A stretch of DNA of 64,000 bases from Verrucomicrobiales bacterium. GTDB taxonomy: Bacteria; Verrucomicrobiota; Verrucomicrobiia; Verrucomicrobiales; V1-33. Both the position numbers and the translations under genes were made by a program. A model generated the notes under the pieces. The model ran no database searches. It saw nothing but the letters and a program-made list of their open reading frames with translations, and was not told the origin of the DNA. The stretch covers positions 11,044 through 75,043 of the forward strand of contig JAGNEJ010000010.1 of the NCBI GenBank assembly GCA_018003315.1, written 5' to 3'. Of this stretch, positions 55,467 to 63,003 are shown piece by piece (the first letter of the stretch is position 1; every line of letters starts with the position of its first letter).

Positions 55467-56661
55467 GGGCTGATTTCCAGAATGCGGCGTTGGTCTTGTA
55501 TTGCCGGCGGGTGAACCTTTCCCATCGGTGGGCGAACCATTCTCCTTTCGGTTTGCCGTCGATAGTGATGGTTGCCATTGCTGCTGTGCCGGCCCCCATG
55601 GCGATGATGTTCTCTCCCTCTATCCTGGCGGTGATGCAATCGGGCGCGTCGATGGCCAGTGCGCTGATAACGTGGGCTTCCTGCACGCTTTCCTTCCATT
55701 GCGGGGGCAGTGGAACCGGTCCTTTTCGCAAGTCGATTTGCATGACGATGCGGAATTTGGGCTCCGGCGCTTCGGCTACAAACCATCCGATCCATTTGCC
55801 ATTTGCTCTCACGATGGCGGATTTTGAGGATGATCCGGAAGATTGGCTGGATGATGAACTGCCGCTTGTCGGTGTGCCGCTGTCGCTGCCGGATGTGGTG
55901 CCTGATGTCGTGCCGCTTGCCGGTGTGCCGCTGCCGCTGCCGGATGTGGTGCCTGATGTCGTGCCGCTTGCCGGTGTGCCGCTGCCGCTGCCGGATGTGG
56001 TGCCTGATGTCGTGCCGCTTGCCGGTGTGCCGCTGTCGCTGTGCCGCTGCCTGGTGACGCTGTGCCGCTGCCTGGTGACGCTGCCTGATCCAGCCGTCGA
56101 TTCTGACGGGTCGGACGGTGGTGATTCCGCTTCTTCCGGCGGGATGATCTTTTTCAAGGTGTATGCACCTTCGACTCGTGTTTTGATCCTCCACCGTCCG
56201 GACTCTCTTTTCAGTTCCGCGATTTTCAGATATTGGGTCGTGGCATCCCCGGTGGGATCGGCCTCCAGCACTTCGCTTGTGATTTGCGTTACGGTGCCAG
56301 TGCCTGGATCCCGTTCGATTTTGTGCCATACGCTCGCGTCGGCTGTCACCGTGCGCATTGGAATGCTGGTCATCGGGTCGGTTCCGACGAACATATTCGT
56401 GAAATTTTCCTCTGTGGCTCCGTCCCGCAAAATTGGCGTGCCGGGAGTTTCCCAAATGAGCAAATTCTGGTTTTCCAGTTTGGCAAACAGCCGGAAGGGC
56501 GGTTGGTTGTGTCGAACCATGCCGACGATTTTGGCCGGCGTGAATTCGCTCTCGCCTTCCATGTCGAACAGGATCCGCTCTTCCCGGAACGATTCAAAGC
56601 GCCGGTTGATTGCTTCAACGCCGAGGCGGGCGTCTTTGGCGAGTTGATAGATGCCTGCCAT
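55453..56661 (-). CDS. Phage protein with repeat-encoded Ser/Gly/Thr linker, paralog A
   Basis: Start chosen at MAGIYQLAKDARLG (ATG at 56659-56661). Has three copies of the 17-aa unit GTPASGTTSGTTSGSGS, then SSSKSAIVRANGKWIGWFVAEAPEPKF. Confidence 0.5.
   Translation of the reverse strand: MAGIYQLAKDARLGVEAINRRFESFREERILFDMEGESEFTPAKIVGMVRHNQPPFRLFAKLENQNLLIWETPGTPILRDGATEENFTNMFVGTDPMTSIPMRTVTADASVWHKIERDPGTGTVTQITSEVLEADPTGDATTQYLKIAELKRESGRWRIKTRVEGAYTLKKIIPPEEAESPPSDPSESTAGSGSVTRQRHSVTRQRHSDSGTPASGTTSGTTSGSGSGTPASGTTSGTTSGSGSGTPASGTTSGTTSGSDSGTPTSGSSSSSQSSGSSSKSAIVRANGKWIGWFVAEAPEPKFRIVMQIDLRKGPVPLPPQWKESVQEAHVISALAIDAPDCITARIEGENIIAMGAGTAAMATITIDGKPKGEWFAHRWERFTRRQYKTNAAFWKSAHGKA
55870..56082. 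repeat. Coding tandem repeats: 3 x 51 bp (plus a partial fourth copy), then 2 x 21 bp
   Basis: The unit cggtgtgccgctgccgctgccggatgtggtgcctgatgtcgtgccgcttgc occupies 55870-55920 (1 mismatch), 55921-55971 and 55972-56022. gtgccgctgcctggtgacgct occupies 56041-56061 and 56062-56082. Confidence 0.95.
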
Positions 56662-56671
56662 TATTTTGCAG

Positions 56672-56688
56672 TTGCAAGTTGCTTGCAA
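56672..56688. promoter_or_regulatory. Palindromic operator candidate in a 45-bp divergent intergenic region
   Basis: TTGCAAG-TTG-CTTGCAA is a perfect 7-bp inverted repeat. It lies between the start of paralog A (56661, minus strand) and the scaffold-like gene (56707, plus strand). Confidence 0.35.
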
Positions 56689-56706
56689 CACGCGAGTGTA
56701 TCCACA

Positions 56707-57750
56707 ATGGAGACAGATGACAACGCCGAATTGCAGGATACCAGGCTTGATGAGCCGGGCTCCGCAGGCGCGGTGTCTTCTCCAGAATTGGCGGAATCTC
56801 CCGATTCCGGTATTCGTCTCGATCCCGACATCATTGACGAGATCATCAACAACAACATCCCGTTGAAGGGCGAGGAAGATGGGGCGGTTGAGTCCGCTCC
56901 GGCGCCGTCGCCCGAGCCGGAGTTGCCTGTTGAGGATGATCCCGAAGAGCAGGAAGAACATGAGTCGGCGGAGGGAAAGCCATTCCCAAAGAATTTCAGG
57001 CTTTCCAAGGTGGAGAATGAGAAAGATGCCCTGGCGCTGAGCGTGTTTCGTTCGGCTCGGGGTGCCATTACCTTGGCTGAGGCGGTTGCCATTGTGGCGA
57101 AAAAGGCCGCTCCCGATCCCGCCCCTGCTGCGGAACCCGCGGCGGACCGTCCGCTCTCAGCGAAAACGGTGGCCGAGCTTGATGCGATGGCATCGGATGT
57201 CGAGGCGAAATACTTACAAGCGTATGCAGAATTGGACCCGTCTGCGGCTGAGTTGAATGTCCAGTTGGCTCGAATCATCGACGCCAAAAATGAGGCGAGG
57301 TATCGCGAGGCTGAATCAGCCCGCGAGGCCAAGATCGAGGAAACTCAGGCCCAGCAGCAGTGGGAATCTGAATGGAATCGTAATCGCGACAAGGCTGTTG
57401 AGCTTTATCCCGACGCGGCAAAGGAGGGAACCCCTCTTTTTGAGCGCATCCGGGAGATTCACGACGCGATGATCGCGAATGGGGATCCGATTGTGAGTGA
57501 CGTGAGGCAACCTCTGGTCCTGGCCCAAATGGCGGCCAGGGATCTGTCGATTGCTCCTGTCACTCCTCCTCGCAGCCACCAGCAGCCCGCGCCAAAAGCG
57601 GTGCGTCCACCGGCAGCGCCGGTGCGTCCGCGTCCTGTCGGGGGCGGTTCGGCTCCATCTGTTTCTGCATCGCACATCAATCTCCGGGAGATTCTGCGAT
57701 CCACGGACGAACTTGAGGCATTGACGGAGAGATTCCTTCAAAAAGCCTAG
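56707..57750 (+). CDS. Putative phage scaffolding/assembly protein
   Basis: Start at METDDNAELQD. Acidic N-terminus, long charged helical region (AKNEARYREAESAREAKIEETQAQQQWESEW). Lies immediately upstream of the capsid-like gene. Confidence 0.4.
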   Translation: METDDNAELQDTRLDEPGSAGAVSSPELAESPDSGIRLDPDIIDEIINNNIPLKGEEDGAVESAPAPSPEPELPVEDDPEEQEEHESAEGKPFPKNFRLSKVENEKDALALSVFRSARGAITLAEAVAIVAKKAAPDPAPAAEPAADRPLSAKTVAELDAMASDVEAKYLQAYAELDPSAAELNVQLARIIDAKNEARYREAESAREAKIEETQAQQQWESEWNRNRDKAVELYPDAAKEGTPLFERIREIHDAMIANGDPIVSDVRQPLVLAQMAARDLSIAPVTPPRSHQQPAPKAVRPPAAPVRPRPVGGGSAPSVSASHINLREILRSTDELEALTERFLQKA

Positions 57751-57871
57751 TCGGTCCGTTTCCTAGCAATCAAATCCACCACTGAGCAACCGGCACTGTC
57801 GCCGGCCTCTCTCATTCCCTGACGCGGCACAATCATGCCGTGGCGGGAGCCCATTCCAACCGAAACCTACA

Positions 57872-59359
57872 ATGGCTACTTACGCACTGACCAGTTCGCC
57901 GAACACGGCAACGACTATCGCCAATCAAATCACTCCTGAACAGCTTTGGCAAGCGACCATCGATATGTTCGAGGAAAACAATGACTTCTGGATGCCTATG
58001 GAGGGCGGAGCCAGCGGAATCATTGCATCCAAGACGGACACGTCTGCCGGACGTGGCCAAACGATGAAGATCCGGATCGAGTCTGGTCTCTATGACGAGC
58101 CTCACTACGGGGAGGAAACCTTTGATGACGATGAAGATTTCGAGGAATTGCTATACGGCGAATATGATCTCAAGGTCGATGTCATCCGACATGCGGTGTC
58201 CGTCACCGAGCGAGCGGAAGAATACATGGGCCTGCGGGGCGAGATCAAGTCGCGCCTCCCCGAGAAACTCGGAAAATGGTTGGGCCGCCTCAAGACGGAG
58301 AATCTCGACATGGCCTTCATCCATCAGGTCAACACGGAGAATGTCCTCTATCCGAACTCCAAGACCGCGGAAAGCCTCGTCGCCGCGGATGGTCTGTCGA
58401 TGAATCTGGTTTCCACCGCGGCGTCGCTGATGCGTCGGCTCGGGGGGAATCGCGCCAGGGTCGGCACTCAGAATGGAGCGCCTGCCATGCGCATGACGCT
58501 CGTTGCGTGCAATGACGCCTGCACCATTTTGCGGCAAGATTCGACCTATCGTGATCTCGTCAAAAACGCCGGTGCTCGCGGTCCGCTGAACACGATTTTC
58601 CGTGGTGAGGTCGCCGATCTGGACGGTGTGACTGTCGTGCAGCGCGATGTCATCGACCATGATGGCGAGGGAGCCATCGGGTCGCCGATGAATCCGCGTG
58701 CCCGGCTCGGGGTTGCCATCACTGGTGGGACTGGCGTCATCGACATTAAGGGCGGAGGAAACTCGACCAGTGCGGCGAAGACCAAAAAGAAGTATTTCAA
58801 ATACTTCCCCGGCTACAATTACAAGTTCGCGGATGCAACCACGGTTTCACCGGCATCGGCTGATCGTTTTTGCCTCATCATCAATCCTCCGAATGCGGCG
58901 ACCGATCCGAACAAGATCGGGATGTATAAATACACCACGGGGAATGACGGTAACAAGATCACCATCACGAAGCGCCTTGGTTCGGCTGCGTCTGGTGATC
59001 GCGTGACATCGTTCGCTGATTCCGGCGGGACAAACCGGGTCACATGGAATACTGGCGTGTGGAGCGGAAAGCACACGGACGTTCACCCCGCTGGTGCGCT
59101 CATTCTGCCGTGCAACGTCTATGGTGAGCCCATTGGCTATTCGTTCCTGCTCGGCCAGGCTGCGGCGCTCCGCGGTTATGGCAAGCTCCGTAACAGGCGC
59201 GGTGAAGAAACCGAAGAGGACGGTTTTCTGACGAAGGTTTTCGTCCGGTCCTACTTTGGTCAAAAGGTCCGTCGGGATCGGCTCGGGCGCAATCCTGGAA
59301 TCATCACGTTGCCTCACTCGCTGCATTACCCGGATCTGCCGTTGCCGACCGTGGTCTGA
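57872..59359 (+). CDS. Putative major capsid protein (HK97-fold, N4/DUF4043-like)
   Basis: 495 aa. Contains MATYALTSS...GRGQTMKIRIESGLYDEPHYGEETF...DVIRHAVSV. Its position after the scaffold-like gene fits. The family resemblance is recalled from memory, not searched. Confidence 0.5.
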   Translation: MATYALTSSPNTATTIANQITPEQLWQATIDMFEENNDFWMPMEGGASGIIASKTDTSAGRGQTMKIRIESGLYDEPHYGEETFDDDEDFEELLYGEYDLKVDVIRHAVSVTERAEEYMGLRGEIKSRLPEKLGKWLGRLKTENLDMAFIHQVNTENVLYPNSKTAESLVAADGLSMNLVSTAASLMRRLGGNRARVGTQNGAPAMRMTLVACNDACTILRQDSTYRDLVKNAGARGPLNTIFRGEVADLDGVTVVQRDVIDHDGEGAIGSPMNPRARLGVAITGGTGVIDIKGGGNSTSAAKTKKKYFKYFPGYNYKFADATTVSPASADRFCLIINPPNAATDPNKIGMYKYTTGNDGNKITITKRLGSAASGDRVTSFADSGGTNRVTWNTGVWSGKHTDVHPAGALILPCNVYGEPIGYSFLLGQAAALRGYGKLRNRRGEETEEDGFLTKVFVRSYFGQKVRRDRLGRNPGIITLPHSLHYPDLPLPTVV

Positions 59360-59429
59360 TTCGCGGGGCGGGCGGGGGTGAAAATCTCCGCCCGCCTCTT
59401 CTTTCCATCCCCATTTGGAGGAACAGCCC

Positions 59430-59843
59430 ATGTGCATTTCAAACTATCTGCGAAAAAAAATTCTCGACCTGTCGCTCGGTGCGCAGGCATTTTCGTTTCC
59501 TGGCACGGTCTATCTCGCTCTTTATACCGTGGCGCCGAATGCGTCAGGCGGTGGATCGGAAGTTTCCGGGAACGCATATGCTCGCGTGGCGGTCACGAAC
59601 AACAACACCAACTGGCCCGATTCCGTTTTGGGGACCGGCGAAAAATACCTTGGTGTTGCGCAATCATTCACTACGGCAACCGGGGGCGGTTGGGGTTCGA
59701 TTGTGGCTGTTGGGATTTTCGACGCTGCTTCAAACGGCAACCTTCTCTACTACGGGTCATTGACTACTCCGGTGTCGATCGGCGCCGGTGATATTTTCCG
59801 GTTCCCGTCTGGCTCTGCTGGCCTCAAAATCACACTGGAGTAA
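59430..59843 (+). CDS. Conserved phage structural-module protein (unknown function)
   Basis: GGAGGA lies 7 nt upstream of the ATG at 59430. Translation is MCISNYLRKKILDLSLG...VYLALYTVAPNASGGGSEVSGNAYARVAV... Confidence 0.45.
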   Translation: MCISNYLRKKILDLSLGAQAFSFPGTVYLALYTVAPNASGGGSEVSGNAYARVAVTNNNTNWPDSVLGTGEKYLGVAQSFTTATGGGWGSIVAVGIFDAASNGNLLYYGSLTTPVSIGAGDIFRFPSGSAGLKITLE

Positions 59844-59846
59844 TCA

Positions 59847-60968
59847 GTGCCAACCTACGATGGAGCGGCTGATCTTGAGGCGGCCTCGACGCTATTGGCG
59901 ACGGGGACCAAGATCATGTTCGGCTCCGTCAGTTGGATCGGACTCAGCTACATGGACGTTGCGGGTGTTGCTACTCGCGCCGGCCAAGTTGTGATGCCAC
60001 TGGAGTCGAGATTGGAGACGGCTCCAGTGGTGAATCACGAATATGATGCCGGCGCCAACTGCCTTTTCCGGTTCGGCCTGGTTGCCGTGGGTGGGCGGGA
60101 TCATCCTGCCTCCATTGTGATGCCGGTGACAAGTCGCCTGACGGCCAAGATTTGCACCGCTGCTTATGGATTGCAGGTTGGGGATGCCCTCGCTCGGATC
60201 ATGAGTTTATGGGGGGCGCAATGTGCGGATTCAGGCTGTGATTCGCCGATGGCGGAGGAAGCCGCAGAGAAGCTGAACGCAGCATTCCAGCGACTGCACG
60301 CCAGCGGTAAATTTTTTGGTTGGGTGGCAGAACTCGATTTGAACGAAGAGGGCGTCATCGGTGCGGAGTCTGATGGTGATGGAAATGAATTCATCGCTCA
60401 GTTCGTTCTTCCCCGTGGCGTCCAAAATGTGGCTGGTCCGCTTTCCATCATCCGCAACAATGGCGGTGGCGCTGTCTTGGAGTCGATTCCCTTGCGATCG
60501 TTGCCGTCGCGCAATGCGCTGGAGTCGTTTTCCCGTGAGTATGCCGGCATGTCATGGTCTGATGGGGTCGAAACCAAGCCTCTCGCATATTGGGCGCATT
60601 CGTATCAATCCGGGAATTCCACTTTGATCGAGAGGGTTGAACGCTCGGCACATGAGGGGGTTTGGATTTATTTGGCTCCGCGCATTGAAAATTTGATCGG
60701 CGGCGTTCTGTCGTCGGTCTTCACTTTCGCTGCCCGGTGCGCCATGAAGCCACCGCGGTTTTCGTGCATGGAGCCGTGGACGCGGCTTCCTGTCCCTCTG
60801 GATCATGCCGAAACCCTGTTGTTGCCATTGGCCCGCTACTACGCCATGAGCAGCCGGTATTTCACAAGGAAGGACGCCTTGCGCGAATCGGTCATGGAAC
60901 AGGCGGCGGATGTTTTGAGGTTGCTTGGGGAAATGGAGCCGGTGCCGAAGGAGGCGGCACGCAAATGA
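59847..60968 (+). CDS. Phage hypothetical protein
   Basis: GTG start 4 nt after the upstream stop. 373 aa. Its stop overlaps the next start (ATGA at 60965-60968). Confidence 0.45.
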   Translation: MPTYDGAADLEAASTLLATGTKIMFGSVSWIGLSYMDVAGVATRAGQVVMPLESRLETAPVVNHEYDAGANCLFRFGLVAVGGRDHPASIVMPVTSRLTAKICTAAYGLQVGDALARIMSLWGAQCADSGCDSPMAEEAAEKLNAAFQRLHASGKFFGWVAELDLNEEGVIGAESDGDGNEFIAQFVLPRGVQNVAGPLSIIRNNGGGAVLESIPLRSLPSRNALESFSREYAGMSWSDGVETKPLAYWAHSYQSGNSTLIERVERSAHEGVWIYLAPRIENLIGGVLSSVFTFAARCAMKPPRFSCMEPWTRLPVPLDHAETLLLPLARYYAMSSRYFTRKDALRESVMEQAADVLRLLGEMEPVPKEAARK

Positions 60969-61798
60969 ATTCCTTGCAACTCATTCAGAGGGTTTGCTCA
61001 GCCTGGTTGCAGGACGCGGAAGCCTCGGCGCTGGAAGTCCGTGACATGGAAAGCCTCCTTCTCGGCATCAATCAGTCGGTGCAATTCGTTTGGCCCCTGC
61101 TGCCGTCCCATTACCGGCGCAGGGATCTCTCGTTCCATTTTCAAGCTGTCTCCACTGGAACGGCATCCTGCACGGAGAATTCCCGGACGATTTCAGCCCT
61201 TTCTGTCTCCAACGCTGATTTTTGTTCTGTCATCATCGATGGCGATTCGACGACCAACGAATTGCGCAGCACGACGGCCTTGTTGCATCCCTATCGCGGG
61301 GCGACGGGATCAAGGGCGATTTCTGTTTATTTCGATGCGCTCAAGTTGTCTTACAACATCGACCGCTTCACGGCGCCTGTGGTGTGTGTGGATACGCGGC
61401 GGGCTTGGCGCCCGGTCAATTCCAGCAGGAATGGGCTGCTGGGCTATGGCGAGACATATCACCTTGACCGGATTGTCTCGGGTGGGGCGGATTTCACCGT
61501 CATGCGTATCGATCCGTTGCACGACACGGAAATTGTGCTGGAATCCGAGGGGATTGTTTCCCCACTCGCTCTTACCCTGGTGGATTCCATGGCGGCTGCT
61601 GAATTGCCATACAACGATCAGGTGGCCGGGTGGATTGTCGCTGCGGCTGGCCAGTATTTGGTGGTTCATCCGAAATTCCGGGAGAATCTCGCCGGCCAAG
61701 CGACTGCGCAGGCGAATCTTGCCGCGCAGGGGATTTCACTCCTGGCTCCGGCGCAAACTTCTGCTTTCAATGAGATCGGCCCTCCGTGCGGCTGGTGA
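60965..61798 (+). CDS. Phage hypothetical protein
   Basis: Start at MNSLQLIQRVCSAW, coupled to the upstream gene by an ATGA overlap. Confidence 0.45.
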   Translation: MNSLQLIQRVCSAWLQDAEASALEVRDMESLLLGINQSVQFVWPLLPSHYRRRDLSFHFQAVSTGTASCTENSRTISALSVSNADFCSVIIDGDSTTNELRSTTALLHPYRGATGSRAISVYFDALKLSYNIDRFTAPVVCVDTRRAWRPVNSSRNGLLGYGETYHLDRIVSGGADFTVMRIDPLHDTEIVLESEGIVSPLALTLVDSMAAAELPYNDQVAGWIVAAAGQYLVVHPKFRENLAGQATAQANLAAQGISLLAPAQTSAFNEIGPPCGW

Positions 61799-61809
61799 AA
61801 AGAAAAATC

Positions 61810-62292
61810 ATGCGCCTCCCAGTTTCAAAACTTTCCGAACTTTTGGTGGCTGCCGTCACTCAACTGAGGGATGCGCAGTGCGCTTTGTCCAAGGGGTGCA
61901 TTGCCGATGTGGACTTGGTTGATGATGAATTCACGGTGGCGGTTGAATTGGTGGCGGATGACGGTTGGAATGCCATTGTCCGCGAATCGACGCAGGTTTC
62001 CGGGGAGCAAACGACGCTGGAGGAGCGTCCTGAAATCACAGAGACAACCCAAAAAGATGCGGCGGAAACGGTGGTGATTGAACAATCTGCTGTCATTACC
62101 AGAACGGAGATCCGGACATCGGAATCGAGTGTCCAGCAGCGTTCCGAGAACCCGGTGACGCGGATTTCTCGGAAAATTGAAGACGGCAGCGTCATCGAGG
62201 ATGTTGCGCAGCATGAAACGAAGCAGGACAGTGGCAGAGTGAACAATGGCGGCGACGTGGTTCGACAAGATTATGAAGTGGAGGCGACCTGA
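61810..62292 (+). CDS. Phage hypothetical acidic protein
   Basis: Start at MRLPVSKLSELL. Glu/Thr-rich. Its stop overlaps the next ATG (ATGA region at 62289-62294). Confidence 0.4.
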   Translation: MRLPVSKLSELLVAAVTQLRDAQCALSKGCIADVDLVDDEFTVAVELVADDGWNAIVRESTQVSGEQTTLEERPEITETTQKDAAETVVIEQSAVITRTEIRTSESSVQQRSENPVTRISRKIEDGSVIEDVAQHETKQDSGRVNNGGDVVRQDYEVEAT

Positions 62293-62660
62293 TGGCGGAC
62301 ATTTATTCCAGCACTACAACGACGACTCGCGGCGAGGGCCAGCGTGAGGAAACGCTTTCGAGACAGACCACGACCTCGCGACGGGTGACTTCTCCCGGCT
62401 TGTCCGTGACTGAGGAAACAACCGGGCTCCAGGTGTCCGAAACGGTGGAAACGCCCGGAAAAGTCACCAGCGTTTCGACGGAAAACAGGCCGGAAATCCG
62501 GCGCGTCGAACAGCAGCCGGCCGTTGTGTCCCGGTCCATTTCGCCTGCGGTGGTTATCAAAAAGATTGCCGGTGCGCAGACTACGGTATCCCGGCAAGCT
62601 GATGATTACGGCATCGTGCTGACGTTCAAAATTCGCATCCGGGAATTTTTGAGCAGTTGA
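62292..62660 (+). CDS. Phage hypothetical Thr/Ser-rich protein
   Basis: Starts MADIYSSTTTTTRGEGQ. Sits in the coupled chain of plus-strand structural genes. Confidence 0.4.
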   Translation: MADIYSSTTTTTRGEGQREETLSRQTTTSRRVTSPGLSVTEETTGLQVSETVETPGKVTSVSTENRPEIRRVEQQPAVVSRSISPAVVIKKIAGAQTTVSRQADDYGIVLTFKIRIREFLSS

Positions 62661-62721
62661 AATTCAACCCTTCTTCCTTCACATTGTCTCTGTTTCGGAG
62701 ACGCTTACTCCCAACCTGTTC

Positions 62722-63003
62722 TTGTCCATGCTCATTTCAATCACTGCTGGAACTGTTTCAAAAATTGCCGACGCATCCGGAATCAATCGCCGGCTGGTGC
62801 AAAATCTTACTGCTGTTGATGTGTATGTTACAACGGATCCGTTGGCGACGAATGCCGTTGTGTTGTCGGATGGCGTGCTTCTTCCGGCTAGTTCAAACGC
62901 GGCTTTAGTGATTGACGGAATTTCAGCCGGCCAGGCGCTCTATGCTGCCGCGGCGTCGAATGCCTCACTTCGCGTTATTGATTGGGGGAGGGTATTGCCA
63001 TGA
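62722..63003 (+). CDS. Phage hypothetical small protein
   Basis: 93-aa ORF. Its stop overlaps the downstream ATG (ATGA at 63000-63003). Confidence 0.4.
   Translation: MSMLISITAGTVSKIADASGINRRLVQNLTAVDVYVTTDPLATNAVVLSDGVLLPASSNAALVIDGISAGQALYAAAASNASLRVIDWGRVLP

Noticed and set aside
55870-56082. Possible CRISPR array, because of regularly spaced repeats
   Set aside because: The repeats are directly abutting with no unique spacers. Unit lengths of 51 and 21 bp are multiples of 3 and in frame within a coding sequence. This is a coding minisatellite, not a CRISPR array. No CRISPR array was seen anywhere in the window.
55490-56647. 385-aa plus-strand ORF with repeated VPLAGVPLPLPDVVPDV units
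   Set aside because: It is the antisense reading of the 51-bp tandem repeats. The minus strand is preferred because its product has a paralog next door (54387..55466) and sits in an ATGA-coupled minus-strand operon. I am not fully certain of this choice.
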